A stretch of DNA of 58,054 nucleotides from Synechococcales cyanobacterium bin2.concoct.b11b12b14.033 (GTDB lineage Bacteria; Cyanobacteriota; Vampirovibrionia; Caenarcaniphilales; Caenarcanaceae). Where the stretch lies: positions 1-58,054 of the forward strand of contig JAAFJH010000002.1 of assembly GCA_013298875.1 (NCBI GenBank). Reading direction: 5' to 3'. The notes beneath the pieces were generated by a model. The model was not told the origin of the DNA. It did not search any database and saw only the letters and a list, made by a program, of their open reading frames with translations. The position numbers and the translations under genes are program-made. Of this stretch, positions 38,022 through 48,534 are shown in pieces (the first letter of the stretch is position 1; each line of letters starts with the position of its first letter).

Positions 38022-39203
38022 ATGTCCATTCCGTCGGTTCGTTCTGCCAACATTTCTGGTATTCCTCCTTATAATAAGGTAGTCAGGAGTAACCAAGTAG
38101 CGTCGGCTGCGTCTCCCGGCGGGCCAGATGATGAAATTAATGCTTTAATGCAAGAAACTCAGCTGCCACCAACTCAGCCCCAATCTAATAATTCAAATAA
38201 TAATTTAGTTACTCCAACTTTAAATAATCAAGACACTAAAGGAAAAGGAAACTTTGTAACTCAAATTTGGGACAAGGCAAAGTCATTTGTTGATAAATTA
38301 CCTAATATAGTCAAAATTGGGGCAGGTGCTTTAGGAACTTTAGTGGTGGGTTTAGTGGCTTATAAAAGTTTGGAAAATGGTGCAAGTCAACTATTCCGCA
38401 GAACTGCTCCTTTGGGCAATAGTGAATTAAGACAAAGCAAAAGAAATATGCAGGGCTTAAGAAAAGAATTAAAAGAAGCCAATGACCAACATAAAGCTTT
38501 AGAAGCCGCTAACCCAAATACCGATTATCATTGGACAGATTGGTTCAATCCTTTTTGGACAGACAAAGGTCTCAAGTTCATTGATTCTAAAGCCGCCCGC
38601 AAAAATATTGAACAAAATCAAGAGCAGCTAAAAAAGACTTCCGAAAAATATCATCAAGCTTATTTAGAAAATAAAGAATTAGCGACAAAAGCGATGGTTG
38701 AAAAACGCCAGCAAATTGTCATAACTCATAGACAAAGACTAAAAGAAGCTGAAGCCGCTTTAAAACCAATTATTGAGAAAGGCAAAGAACCCAAAAATGA
38801 CCATGCCCAATTAGCTTTAAATTTAGCGGAAAGTCGATTAAAAGCTTCAAAAGCAAGATTGAAACAAGCTAGAGAAATTCATCAAACTGCTAAAAGAGAA
38901 AATAATAATGGTTTTAGTCCTTCAGATATTAGTGTTTCACCAGAAGGCTTAACTTGGAGGGGGGTATTTGCCAATGACTCTGACTTAAAAGCTGACGTTA
39001 AACACAATACCGAACACAATTTAGAACATAAATTAATTAATGCCTATGGAATTAGCCAAGACATTTTAGCTTGGGAGATAAACGGAAAATGGAATCCGGC
39101 CTCAGGAATAATGAAAATTGCAGAACCAAATTGGCTTGAAAAAATTGGTTTTAGAAAATACAAACCTTGGACTAAGCCGCTAGAAGTATTATCAACAACT
39201 TAA
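38022..39203 (+). CDS. Hypothetical membrane-anchored coiled-coil protein
   Basis: 393 aa with a low-complexity N-terminus, one TM (IGAGALGTLVVGLVAY) and a long charged helical region. No recognisable family. Confidence 0.5.
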   Translation: MSIPSVRSANISGIPPYNKVVRSNQVASAASPGGPDDEINALMQETQLPPTQPQSNNSNNNLVTPTLNNQDTKGKGNFVTQIWDKAKSFVDKLPNIVKIGAGALGTLVVGLVAYKSLENGASQLFRRTAPLGNSELRQSKRNMQGLRKELKEANDQHKALEAANPNTDYHWTDWFNPFWTDKGLKFIDSKAARKNIEQNQEQLKKTSEKYHQAYLENKELATKAMVEKRQQIVITHRQRLKEAEAALKPIIEKGKEPKNDHAQLALNLAESRLKASKARLKQAREIHQTAKRENNNGFSPSDISVSPEGLTWRGVFANDSDLKADVKHNTEHNLEHKLINAYGISQDILAWEINGKWNPASGIMKIAEPNWLEKIGFRKYKPWTKPLEVLSTT

Positions 39204-39790
39204 ACTATTTTATCGATTATATTGTATTCAAGAGCTTGCGGAGCAGTCATATAATTATCACGGTTTTGGTCTTTCTGTAATTTTTCAATTGGTTGGCCAG
39301 TATGTTCATGCATAATTTCATTGATTAAATGCTCTAAACGTAATAATTCTCGGGTGTAAATTTCAATATCAGAAGCTTGCCCTTTGGTGCCACCACTACC
39401 TTGATGAATCATAACTCGAGCATTTTTGAGGGCATAACGTTTACTAGGGCTGCCAGCCAATAAAAGTACTGAAGCCATACTAGCTGCTTCACCTATACAA
39501 ATGGTATTAATCGGAGCTTTAGCATGCTGCATAGTATCATAAATGGCTAATCCGTCAATTACTGATCCACCAGGAGAATTAATATATATAATTATGTCTT
39601 TGTCAGGGTCTTCTGCATCTAGAAGTAAAATTTGAGAACAAATTATATTTGCTAAATGTGTATCAATTTCATCACCCAGCAAAATAATTCTTTCTCTCAT
39701 CAAACGGGAAATGATATCTAGTTTTCTTTCTTTATTTCCGTCTGTCTCAATGACAGTTGGCAAACTACCTAAATGAATATTACTGAGCAT
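39200..39790 (-). CDS. clpP: ATP-dependent Clp protease proteolytic subunit
   Basis: 196 aa with INSPGGSV, GEAASMAS (Ser), MIHQGSGG (His) and NRDNYMTA (Asp). The 3' end overlaps the upstream convergent ORF by 4 nt. Confidence 0.93.
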   Translation of the reverse strand: MLSNIHLGSLPTVIETDGNKERKLDIISRLMRERIILLGDEIDTHLANIICSQILLLDAEDPDKDIIIYINSPGGSVIDGLAIYDTMQHAKAPINTICIGEAASMASVLLLAGSPSKRYALKNARVMIHQGSGGTKGQASDIEIYTRELLRLEHLINEIMHEHTGQPIEKLQKDQNRDNYMTAPQALEYNIIDKIV

Positions 39791-39974
39791 AAAAATAAAA
39801 CCTAAAAACTTAGTTTAATTATGACATTAAAAATTATCTAGTAAACAAAAAATCATGTAATTCTGTCTTGACCGTCCTATCCCAGATTATTCTCCCAAAT
39901 CCTGATTCAGACAAAATACAATCTGATTAAGCTAAAATATAAATAACTTTGTTTTGAATTTTTAAATACTTTAA

Positions 39975-42900
39975 ATGAATTCTTTTAAGCCCGTTTCTAA
40001 TCGTCCGAATTTTAATCAAATTGAATCCGAAATTATAAAGTTTTGGCAGACAAATAAAATTTTTGAAAAGTCAATTGAATTACGTGAATCCGCGGAAGAA
40101 TTTGTTTTTTTTGAAGGGCCACCTACTGCCAATGGAAAACCGGGTGTTCATCATGTTTTGGCCAGAACTTTTAAAGATTTAGTTTGTCGTTATCAAACCA
40201 TGAAAGGCAAAAAAGTGGTGCGTAATGCTGGTTGGGACGAACATGGACTTCCGGTGGAAATTGAAGTTGAAAAATCGCAAGGCTTTACCAATGAACGTAG
40301 CAAAAAAGAACAAATTGAAGAATTAGGAATTGAGCGTTTCAATGAGCTATGCGGGGAATCAACTAAAAAATATATTGATGAATGGGAAAAACTTACTGAG
40401 CGAATGGCTTATTGGGTGAACTTTGACAATGCGTATAAAACCAGCTCTCCGCAATATATCGAAAAAGTCTGGAGTATTTTAAAAAGCCTAAATGACAAAA
40501 ACCTACTTTACAAAGGTAATAAAGTTGTGCCGTGGGCTTGTGATTCTGGTACCGTTGTTTCGCAGGCAGAAGTGGCACAAGGCTATAAAGACGTAATTGA
40601 TGAATCCGCTTATGTTAAGTTTAAACTTACTGAAAGTGCCACTAAAAGCCTAAAAGAAAAGTTTGGCATTTCAAATGAAGATGAAAGTCCGGTTTATATG
40701 CTGGCTTGGACAACTACTCCATGGACTTTACCGTCTAATATGGCTTTAGCAATTGGCCCAGAAATTGAATATGTAATTTGTAAAAATAAAGAAAATAATG
40801 AATATATTATTATCAGCCAAAAACGCTGGAAAGTTGTCCTCGGTGAGACCGATTGGGAAATTGCGGGGAGTTTGAGAGGAGATACTATTATGAGTATTGT
40901 GCAGACGAACTTATCTAAAATTTTCGAAAAAGAGCTTGAGCTTGATCAGCAAAAAGCAAAGGAAAATGGTTTTTCTTGGGAAGAATATAGTGAAAGATTT
41001 GATGGCGACGAGTCTAAGCACAGCTCCCTTCCTAAAGGTGATTACTTAGGAATATTTGGCAATCAGCTAAATTACTATTCTATTATTGCAGGATATTTAT
41101 ATTCTGGGTTACCCTTTGTAGAAGACTCTGAAACTACTGGAACAGGGATTGTTCATATTGCACCTGCTTTTGGCTCAGATGACTTGGAATGCTTTTCGAG
41201 GTTCAATAGAATGGAACAAGAAACTATCTGTGCAGTTTCACCGAATGGGGTTTTTAATGAGCAAGCACCAGACTTTTTAAAGGGTCAGTCAATCTTTAAT
41301 GATAATAAAAAAACTGGACTGCAAGAATTTATACGTATAAATAAAGTTGTTTGTAATAAACTCACTGAGAAAGGTTTATTATTAAAAACTGAAAAGTACG
41401 AACATTCTTATCCGCATAATTGGCGAACAAATAATCCGCTTATTTATTATCTGCGTCCTAGTTGGTATGTTGCTACTAGCAAAGTTAGAGAGCAATTAAT
41501 TGAAGCGAACAAAAATATAAATTGGTATCCCGAACATATTAAAGAAGGTCGCTTTGGGCAATGGCTGGAAAATAATATTGATTGGTCGATTTCCCGGGAA
41601 CGCTTTTGGGGAACTCCTTTGCCAATTTGGGTAAATGAAAAAACTGGACAAATTCAAATAATTGGTTCTTTTGATGAACTGGAAGAAAAAATCAATCAAT
41701 TTAATCCTGGCCAAAAAGATTTATTGAAAAAAGTAAAAGAAAATCCGCATAAACCTTTAATTGACCAACTTGAATGGGAAGAAAATGGTGAAAAATTCAA
41801 AAGAGTGCCTGAGGTTTTAGATTGCTGGTTTGATTCTGGCTCTATGCCGGTGGCTGCGTATGGAACTGAGCCTGAGAATTTTAAAACAGCTGATTATATT
41901 TGTGAAGCTATTGATCAGACGAGAGGTTGGTTTTATTCTTTGCTGGCTATTGCCGTTAGTTTAAGCTCTGAGACAAATAACTTAAGATCACCTTATAAAA
42001 ATGTTTTGTGTTTGGGACATATACTCGACAAAGACGGCCAAAAAATGAGTAAGTCGAAGGGCAATGTTTTAAACCCCTGGGATTTATTTGAAAAGTATGG
42101 AGCCGATCCAGTGCGTTGGTATATGATTTCAGCTGTGTCCGCTGGGCAGCCAATCCGCTTTGATATTGATGGAATTGCTGAAGTGATGAGGCGTTTTATT
42201 TTACCGCTTTGGAATACTTATGCCTTTTTTGTTTTATATGCAAATTTGGATAAAATCACAAACCAAGCTTTGCAAGAAGTAACTGAAGAGCAATTGAAAC
42301 AGCAAGTTCAGCCAATTGATATTTGGATTACGGCTAGGCTTAATCAAACTCAAAAACAAATTAATGAAGAATTTGAAAAGTTTGAATTTGCCAAAGTTGC
42401 ACAATTAATTGAAAAATTTGTAGATGATTTGTCAAATGTTTGGGTGCGTTCTAATCGCAGTCGCTTTTGGAATATTGGGAATTCGCTTGATTATAGTGCC
42501 TATTTAACTTTGCATACTTGTTTAGTGGCGGTTGCTAAAATGTCAGCTCCATTCAGTCCTTTAATTAGTGAAGAAATTTATCAAAACCTAAAGTCAGTTG
42601 ATAGCCCCGAAAGTATACATTTAGGTAATTGGGTTGAAGCTAATGAATTGAGCGAATTTGAAAATAATTTATTAAAGCAAATGGAAGCAGCTCTGGAAAT
42701 TATTAATATTGGTCGTAGCCTTCGCCAGGAAGCCAAAATTAAAATCCGCCAACCTTTAGCCCAAATTTTTGTTTCGGATGAGTTTGATGTGCAGTATTTT
42801 GCAGATTTAATTTTACAAGAACTTAATATTAAAGAATTATTAGTTATACCAGCCAGCGAGCTAGACAATAATTTAAAAGCTCAATTAAATACCGAAATAA

Positions 42901-43181
42901 ATCCAGCTTTAAAAGCGGAAGGTTTAGCTCGGGAGTTTATTCATTCGATTCAGAATTTACGCAAAAGTTCTGGCTTTGAGGTTTCAGATAGAATTGAATT
43001 GCAAATTGATTTTATGAATAATCATGAATTAGCTGAATTAATCAGGCCTAAAAAAGAATATATTATGAATGAAGTTTTGGCTTTGGCTTGGCTGGAAGAC
43101 GCAAGTGTAAAATTAGAAGGTAAAAAAATAAAACTTGATGGCTTTGAAATCAATCTTTTAATCAGCAAGGTCAATTATTAA
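39975..43181 (+). CDS. ileS: Isoleucine--tRNA ligase (long, type-2-like form)
   Basis: 1068 aa with PPTANGKPGVHHVLAR (HIGH region), GTGIVHIAPAFG, WFDSGSMP, DQTRGWFYS and KMSKSKGN. Confidence 0.96.
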   Translation: MNSFKPVSNRPNFNQIESEIIKFWQTNKIFEKSIELRESAEEFVFFEGPPTANGKPGVHHVLARTFKDLVCRYQTMKGKKVVRNAGWDEHGLPVEIEVEKSQGFTNERSKKEQIEELGIERFNELCGESTKKYIDEWEKLTERMAYWVNFDNAYKTSSPQYIEKVWSILKSLNDKNLLYKGNKVVPWACDSGTVVSQAEVAQGYKDVIDESAYVKFKLTESATKSLKEKFGISNEDESPVYMLAWTTTPWTLPSNMALAIGPEIEYVICKNKENNEYIIISQKRWKVVLGETDWEIAGSLRGDTIMSIVQTNLSKIFEKELELDQQKAKENGFSWEEYSERFDGDESKHSSLPKGDYLGIFGNQLNYYSIIAGYLYSGLPFVEDSETTGTGIVHIAPAFGSDDLECFSRFNRMEQETICAVSPNGVFNEQAPDFLKGQSIFNDNKKTGLQEFIRINKVVCNKLTEKGLLLKTEKYEHSYPHNWRTNNPLIYYLRPSWYVATSKVREQLIEANKNINWYPEHIKEGRFGQWLENNIDWSISRERFWGTPLPIWVNEKTGQIQIIGSFDELEEKINQFNPGQKDLLKKVKENPHKPLIDQLEWEENGEKFKRVPEVLDCWFDSGSMPVAAYGTEPENFKTADYICEAIDQTRGWFYSLLAIAVSLSSETNNLRSPYKNVLCLGHILDKDGQKMSKSKGNVLNPWDLFEKYGADPVRWYMISAVSAGQPIRFDIDGIAEVMRRFILPLWNTYAFFVLYANLDKITNQALQEVTEEQLKQQVQPIDIWITARLNQTQKQINEEFEKFEFAKVAQLIEKFVDDLSNVWVRSNRSRFWNIGNSLDYSAYLTLHTCLVAVAKMSAPFSPLISEEIYQNLKSVDSPESIHLGNWVEANELSEFENNLLKQMEAALEIINIGRSLRQEAKIKIRQPLAQIFVSDEFDVQYFADLILQELNIKELLVIPASELDNNLKAQLNTEINPALKAEGLAREFIHSIQNLRKSSGFEVSDRIELQIDFMNNHELAELIRPKKEYIMNEVLALAWLEDASVKLEGKKIKLDGFEINLLISKVNY

Positions 43182-43200
43182 TTTGAACATTTATTAAAAA

Positions 43201-44319
43201 ATGACCCAAGATTTAAGATTACACAAAATTGTTTTAGGTAATTTTAGAAATTATACTGAATACGAAATTGACTTTCATAAGCAATATATTTTTATTATTG
43301 GGCCAAATGCCAGCGGAAAAAGTAATTTGCTGGAAGCAATTGAATATATTTCGGTTGGGGGAGAAGTTAATCGGGAAAGCGAAAAGCAAATTTTGGCGAA
43401 AAATGCCTCCGAAGATTTTTTCTCGATTAAAGCTAATTATGAATTAATGGGTAGACAGTTTCAATTGGAAGCTTATATTGGGCAAAGACAAAAAAATATA
43501 AAAGTAAATGGTATTAAATACCGGTCTATTAATGCTATTGAAGAATCAATGAAGGCAGTTATTTTTAAATCTCGGGAAAGCCTTGAAATGATTAGGGGAA
43601 ACCCTTTAAGTCGGCGGAATTGGTTAAATATGACTTTAAATTTAATTAATAAATCTTATGAAGAAGCTCTCAAACGCTATGAAAGATTAATTGAACAGCG
43701 AAATAATTTATTTAAAAATTCACTAGAAAAAGGAAATAGCTTAGCCGGAATTGAAAGTGAATTAAATATTTGGGAAATTGAAATTAGTAAATATGGTAAT
43801 TTTATTCAAAAAACCAGAAAAGCCTTTTTTAATTCTATCAACGAAGACTTTCAGCTATTTTATAATCAAATATCAGATTTAGCCCAAGAAAAGACGAATT
43901 TGACTTATTTACCCAACCCAGAACTAGAAGAAGATATTTTAAATCCAGATCTTTTTTACGAAAAATTAAAAGACCGTCGAAAAATTGATTTTTATCGAGG
44001 ACAAACTTCGGTTGGCCCCCACCGAGATGATTTTTTAATTTCAATTGATAATCAAGAAGCCAGGCACTTTTCAAGCCAGGGTCAGCAAAGAACTTCTGCT
44101 TTAAGCTTAAAATTAATTCAATTAAAACAATGGGAAGAAAAATTAGAGTTTTCCCCAATTTTATTATTAGATGACGTTTCGGCGGAACTTGATTTAGCTC
44201 GTCAAAAAGCTTTATTTAATTCTCTACCACTAAGGTCGCAGGTTTTTATAACAACTACTCATTTAAATAATTTACCAATTGTGCCAAATAATTCATATCA
44301 AATCATTAATTTAAAATAA
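43201..44319 (+). CDS. recF: DNA replication and repair protein RecF
   Basis: 372 aa with LGNFRNY, GPNASGKSNLLEAI, SQGQQRTSALSLKL and LLLDDVSAELD. Confidence 0.92.
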   Translation: MTQDLRLHKIVLGNFRNYTEYEIDFHKQYIFIIGPNASGKSNLLEAIEYISVGGEVNRESEKQILAKNASEDFFSIKANYELMGRQFQLEAYIGQRQKNIKVNGIKYRSINAIEESMKAVIFKSRESLEMIRGNPLSRRNWLNMTLNLINKSYEEALKRYERLIEQRNNLFKNSLEKGNSLAGIESELNIWEIEISKYGNFIQKTRKAFFNSINEDFQLFYNQISDLAQEKTNLTYLPNPELEEDILNPDLFYEKLKDRRKIDFYRGQTSVGPHRDDFLISIDNQEARHFSSQGQQRTSALSLKLIQLKQWEEKLEFSPILLLDDVSAELDLARQKALFNSLPLRSQVFITTTHLNNLPIVPNNSYQIINLK

Positions 44320-44469
44320 AACATAAAAATATAACTTAAACCTTGGCTATTTGGCAAAAGTTTTTTATAATGTTATTTAGAGTAACTCGTAATTATAATT
44401 ATAAGATTTGCTTATAGTTGTAAGAGGTATTTAATAATACTCAAAAATGCAAAAGGAGAGTGTGTAGAT

Positions 44470-44832
44470 ATGAATAAAATAGAAATACAAGGATTAAATC
44501 TTGAAGTAACTCAATCTATTCAGGGGTATGTCAACCGTAAACTGCAAAAAGCCATTAAATATTCATCGGAGTATATATTAGGCATTAAAGCAAATTTAAC
44601 TTGCGAAAAAGATTCACACTTAATTGAATTAATTATTTTCTTGCATGGCGGAAAGACTCTCCGTAATGCTACTCGCAGTGAAGATATGTATGCCAGTATC
44701 GATATTGCTTGTGATAGCATTGACCGCCAACTTAGAAAAATCAAACAAAGAAAAATTGATGTAAAAAAATATAAATCTATTGAAGAGAAGTTAAACGAAA
44801 GTCCAAGTTTTATTTCTGCAATAGCCGTTTAA
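44470..44832 (+). CDS. hpf: Ribosome hibernation/associated factor (short HPF/RaiA type)
   Basis: 120 aa with the sigma-54-modulation/S30EA pattern (IEIQGLNLEVTQSIQGYVNRKL...DMYASIDIACDSIDRQLRKIK). AAGGAGAG RBS upstream. Confidence 0.85.
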   Translation: MNKIEIQGLNLEVTQSIQGYVNRKLQKAIKYSSEYILGIKANLTCEKDSHLIELIIFLHGGKTLRNATRSEDMYASIDIACDSIDRQLRKIKQRKIDVKKYKSIEEKLNESPSFISAIAV

Positions 44833-44867
44833 TTCATAAAATTTTAAATTTCAACTAATAGTAAATT

Positions 44868-44900
44868 CCCTCTTCGTAGCTAATATTAAGAGGGTTTTTT
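44868..44900 (+). terminator. Rho-independent terminator downstream of hpf
   Basis: CCCTCTT (44868..44874) pairs with AAGAGGG (44888..44894), followed by TTTTTT. Confidence 0.7.
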
Positions 44901-44954
44901 ATTGAAAACTTCATTTGTTACACAAAAATTTCGCCTATTTGTAAAAAGAAAACT

Positions 44955-45335
44955 TTATTTGCTTACTTTTACTTGGTTTTTATCTTCAAGGGGTTTTAAG
45001 CCTTTTACTAAATTTTCAAAAGCTTCGAAATGATTCATGGCTAAATCAGCTAATTGCTTGCGATCCATTTCGATATTATTATGCATTAACATATTTATCA
45101 GAGTACTGTAACGAATACCCAACATACGGGAAGCAGCATTAATACGAATGATCCATAATTTACGCATATCTCTTTTAATTTTGCGACGATCAGTGTAAGC
45201 GTGTTTCCCAGCTTTAACAAAAGCACGATCGGCAACGGTAAATAAGCGACTAGGTGCGCCACGATAACCTTTAGTTGCTTTTAATGTTTTTTTCCGTCTT
45301 TCGCGGGCAACATTTCCTCTTTTAACTCTAGACAT
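44955..45335 (-). CDS. rplT: 50S ribosomal protein L20
   Basis: 126 aa with MSRVKRGNVARERRKK...YRGA...YTDRRKIKRDMRKLWIIRINAA. Confidence 0.97.
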   Translation of the reverse strand: MSRVKRGNVARERRKKTLKATKGYRGAPSRLFTVADRAFVKAGKHAYTDRRKIKRDMRKLWIIRINAASRMLGIRYSTLINMLMHNNIEMDRKQLADLAMNHFEAFENLVKGLKPLEDKNQVKVSK

Positions 45336-45348
45336 GGTTTTTTATAAT

Positions 45349-45552
45349 TTATGCGTAAGGGAGAAGTTCTGACAAACGTTTTGCATTTACTGCTTTTAAA
45401 GTTTTATATTTTCCTAATCTTCTTTTAGTTTTAGCTCTCATTTTGGCATTTAAATGCTTAACGCCCGTTTGCTTAGCCAAGAATTTACCACTAGCGGTTT
45501 TTTTGTAGCGCTTTGCACAAGCTTTATTAGTTTTTAGCTTAATTTTAGCCAT
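45349..45552 (-). CDS. rpmI: 50S ribosomal protein L35
   Basis: 67 aa with MAKIKLKTNKACAKRYKKTASGKF...HLNAK. Sits immediately upstream of rplT. No infC is adjacent. Confidence 0.93.
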   Translation of the reverse strand: MAKIKLKTNKACAKRYKKTASGKFLAKQTGVKHLNAKMRAKTKRRLGKYKTLKAVNAKRLSELLPYA

Positions 45553-45700
45553 AAATAGGTAAAGTAAATAAAAATCGAATGAGTTAGTATACTATCATCA
45601 AAATCATTAAATTAAAAGGTTTTTTGAAATTTCATTAATCCATCAATTTAATAAATTTCCGACTAAACTGATAGTAGTTTTATTTTTAATAATTTTATTT

Positions 45701-46453
45701 ATGCTTTTACAAATTAAAAATCTCAAGGCCTCTATCAAAAATTCCGACGCAGAGCCAATACTCAAAGGTTTAAACCTAGAAGTAAACGCTAATGAAATTC
45801 ACGCTATTATGGGGCCAAATGGTTCTGGCAAAAGCACTTTATCCAAAGTAATAGCTGGCCACCCAGATTATGAAGTTTTGGAAGGGGAAATTTTATTTAA
45901 TGGAAAAAACTTATTAGACTTAGAAGTTACCGAAAGAGCGAATGCCGGAATTTTTTTGGGTTTTCAGTATCCAATTGAAGTGCCGGGCGTCAATAATGCT
46001 GACTTTTTAAGATTAGCTTATAATTCAAAACAAGTTTTTGAGGGCAAAGAAGAGCTTGATCCGCTTGATTTCAATGAATTACTTGAAAATAAAATAAACA
46101 TGTTGAATATTCCGCCTTATTTTATTGAACGTTCTTTGAATGAAGGCTTTTCGGGTGGTGAAAAAAAACGCAATGAAATTTTGCAAATGGCCATTTTAGA
46201 ACCTATTTTAAGTATTTTAGACGAAATTGATTCCGGGCTTGATATTGATGCTTTAAAACTAGTCTCTGAGAGCATTAATAAACTGTTAGCTCCTCATAAA
46301 GCTGTGATTTTAATTACGCATTATCAAAGGCTACTCGATTATATTAAGCCAACCCATGTTCATATTATTTATCAGGGGAAAATTGTTAAGTCTGGCGGGG
46401 CAGAACTGGCCTTGGAATTGGAAAAAAATGGTTATGCCGGAGCCGTAAAATAA
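45701..46453 (+). CDS. sufC: Fe-S cluster assembly ATPase SufC
   Basis: 250 aa with [53 protein letters not shown] and ITHYQRLL. Confidence 0.95.
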   Translation: MLLQIKNLKASIKNSDAEPILKGLNLEVNANEIHAIMGPNGSGKSTLSKVIAGHPDYEVLEGEILFNGKNLLDLEVTERANAGIFLGFQYPIEVPGVNNADFLRLAYNSKQVFEGKEELDPLDFNELLENKINMLNIPPYFIERSLNEGFSGGEKKRNEILQMAILEPILSILDEIDSGLDIDALKLVSESINKLLAPHKAVILITHYQRLLDYIKPTHVHIIYQGKIVKSGGAELALELEKNGYAGAVK

Positions 46454-47740
46454 ATGATATTACAGCATAAAACTTGGCAAGAAAATTTCACGACTTATAC
46501 GTCTAATTTGATTGAAGCCGATGAATTCAGAAAGCAAAATTGGCAAAGTTTTTTGGATAAAGGATTTCCTAGCAATTCAGATGAGGAATGGAAGTATTTT
46601 AATTTTGAAGAATTATTTAGCCAAACTATAAATCCTTTTTATGCAGAAAAACAGACTGATTTAATCTCTGAATCTGAAAAAGATCAAACAAGTTTTGTTT
46701 TGCCAGAATGTGAAGAAAATCAAATTATTTTAGAAAATGGACAAATTAAAAGCCAAAAAATATCAAATCAACAAATAATTATTGCTTCTTTGGATAAAGC
46801 TTTTAGTGATTATTCAGAATTAAAAATTAAATATTTAAATCAAGCCGCCAAACAAGATGTTTTTACTTTGCAAAATAATAGTTTATGGCAAGGTGGTTTA
46901 TTTTTTTATATGCCAGCAAATATAGTATTAAATGAGCCAATTCAAATTTCTTTATTATCCAATTCGCCGCATTGTGCCAATTATAGTCGTAATTTAATTA
47001 TTATCGAAGACAATTGCCAAGCTGAAATTTTTATTTATTGTACTGGCTTAAATTCGTCTGCTGATGAGCTATATTTGCACAATTTAATCAATCAAATAAT
47101 TATCGGGGAAAATTCGCAAGTTAAAATCTTTTTTGTCCAAAACGAAAGTAAAAATGCTTTTCAAATCGCTTATACAGACATCAAGTTACAAAATAATTCA
47201 AATCTTGACTTTTATAATTTATCTTTTGGAGCTAAAACTAGTAAACATTTAATTCAAGCTGACTTTTTAGGAAAAGGAATTCATCATAATTTAAAAGGAA
47301 TTTATGTTTTAAATAATTCCCAAGCTTGCCATAGCCAAGTAACTTTCAATCATAATAAACCAAATTGCTCTAGTAATCAGCTTTTTAAAGGTATTTTAAG
47401 TGGTAATTCAAAAGCCGAATTTAGTGGAATTATTAAAGTAAAAGAAGGAGCTAATGGGACTTCCGCCAAGCAATTAAATAAAAATTTATTATTATCTCCC
47501 GATGCTAAAATTGATACTAGGCCACAATTAGAAATTAAAGCGGATGATGTAAAATGCTCTCATGGAGCGACGATTGGACAATTAGAAGATGAAGAGATTT
47601 TTTATTTACTTTCACGTGGAATATCCAAGGAAAAAGCTTTGGAAATTTTAACTTTCGGTTTTGCGGAAGAAATTATCGATACCATTTCAATTCCTTCTTT
47701 GAGAAGCTTTACTGAACAATTATTAACTTTAAATTTATGA
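46454..47740 (+). CDS. sufD: Fe-S cluster assembly protein SufD (SufB/D family)
   Basis: 428 aa abutting the sufC stop. C-terminal beta-helix motifs TRPQLEIKADDVKCSHGATIGQLEDEEIFYLLSRGISKEKA. Called SufD from size and position. No sufB or sufS in the window. Confidence 0.75.
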   Translation: MILQHKTWQENFTTYTSNLIEADEFRKQNWQSFLDKGFPSNSDEEWKYFNFEELFSQTINPFYAEKQTDLISESEKDQTSFVLPECEENQIILENGQIKSQKISNQQIIIASLDKAFSDYSELKIKYLNQAAKQDVFTLQNNSLWQGGLFFYMPANIVLNEPIQISLLSNSPHCANYSRNLIIIEDNCQAEIFIYCTGLNSSADELYLHNLINQIIIGENSQVKIFFVQNESKNAFQIAYTDIKLQNNSNLDFYNLSFGAKTSKHLIQADFLGKGIHHNLKGIYVLNNSQACHSQVTFNHNKPNCSSNQLFKGILSGNSKAEFSGIIKVKEGANGTSAKQLNKNLLLSPDAKIDTRPQLEIKADDVKCSHGATIGQLEDEEIFYLLSRGISKEKALEILTFGFAEEIIDTISIPSLRSFTEQLLTLNL

Positions 47741-48453
47741 AAAATAATAATTTAGTGATTGCAATTGATGGCCCGGCTGGTGCTGGCAAAAGTACAATTG
47801 CACGTATTATTGCTGAAAAATTAAACTTAACGTATATTGATACTGGTGCTATGTATCGGGCTATTACTTGGCTGGCCATTCAAAATTCAATTGATTTGAA
47901 GACCCAAAAAGACTTATTAATTAACTTAGCGGCTGAAGCAAAGCTAGAATTAGAAGGAATTGAAAAAAACACCGATAAACAATCAAATAGTTTTCAAAGA
48001 GTATTTTTAAACGACCAAGAAATTACTCAAGAAATTAGAGGTTCTGAAATTACTTTGTTAGTGAGTGCAGTTAGTGCTATTCCAGAAATAAGAGAACAAT
48101 TAGTCGAAATGCAAAAAAAAATGGGTTTAAATGGCAGAGTAATTATGGATGGCCGGGATATTGGCACAGTAGTTTTTCCAGAAGCTGATTTGAAGATATT
48201 TTTAGTTGCAAGTGCCGAAGAAAGAGCCAAAAGACGTTATCAGCAACAAAGAAAATTTGGTTTAAATACTCAGGAAAACTTAGAAGCCATTCAAAAAGAT
48301 TTGGAACGCCGAGATTATTTAGATGCAAACCGGGAAGTTTCTCCTCTGCGTCAAGCTAATGATGCAATTTTGATTGATACAGATAATTTGTCAGTGCCAG
48401 AAGTGGTGCAAAATATTTTAAATTTAATTCAGATAAATTCTCAAAAAATATAA
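47737..48453 (+). CDS. cmk: Cytidylate kinase
   Basis: 238 aa with IAIDGPAGAGKSTIARIIA, IDTGAMYRA, MDGRDIGTVVFP and RAKRR. Confidence 0.93.
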   Translation: MKNNNLVIAIDGPAGAGKSTIARIIAEKLNLTYIDTGAMYRAITWLAIQNSIDLKTQKDLLINLAAEAKLELEGIEKNTDKQSNSFQRVFLNDQEITQEIRGSEITLLVSAVSAIPEIREQLVEMQKKMGLNGRVIMDGRDIGTVVFPEADLKIFLVASAEERAKRRYQQQRKFGLNTQENLEAIQKDLERRDYLDANREVSPLRQANDAILIDTDNLSVPEVVQNILNLIQINSQKI

Positions 48454-48534
48454 AAGGTGTGCCTGTCTGAATCCCTGATTTGATTGAGAAAATTTGTGTA
48501 TAATTTAATTAACTTGAATTTACGATTAATAAAT

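Noticed and set aside
39791-39974. T-box or other leader upstream of ileS
   Set aside because: I could identify no T-box consensus, specifier/antiterminator layout or terminator hairpin. The region is a short divergent promoter shared with clpP.
40850-41160. Possible extra insertion in the IleRS editing/CP1 region before GTGIVHIAPAFG
   Set aside because: The segment seems longer than I remember for type-2 IleRS, but I cannot align it without tools. The reading frame is intact and all class-I motifs are present, so I do not claim it.
43838-44158. 106-aa ORF antisense to recF
   Set aside because: It is embedded in recF, which has clear Walker A, signature and Walker B motifs. It shows no independent signals.
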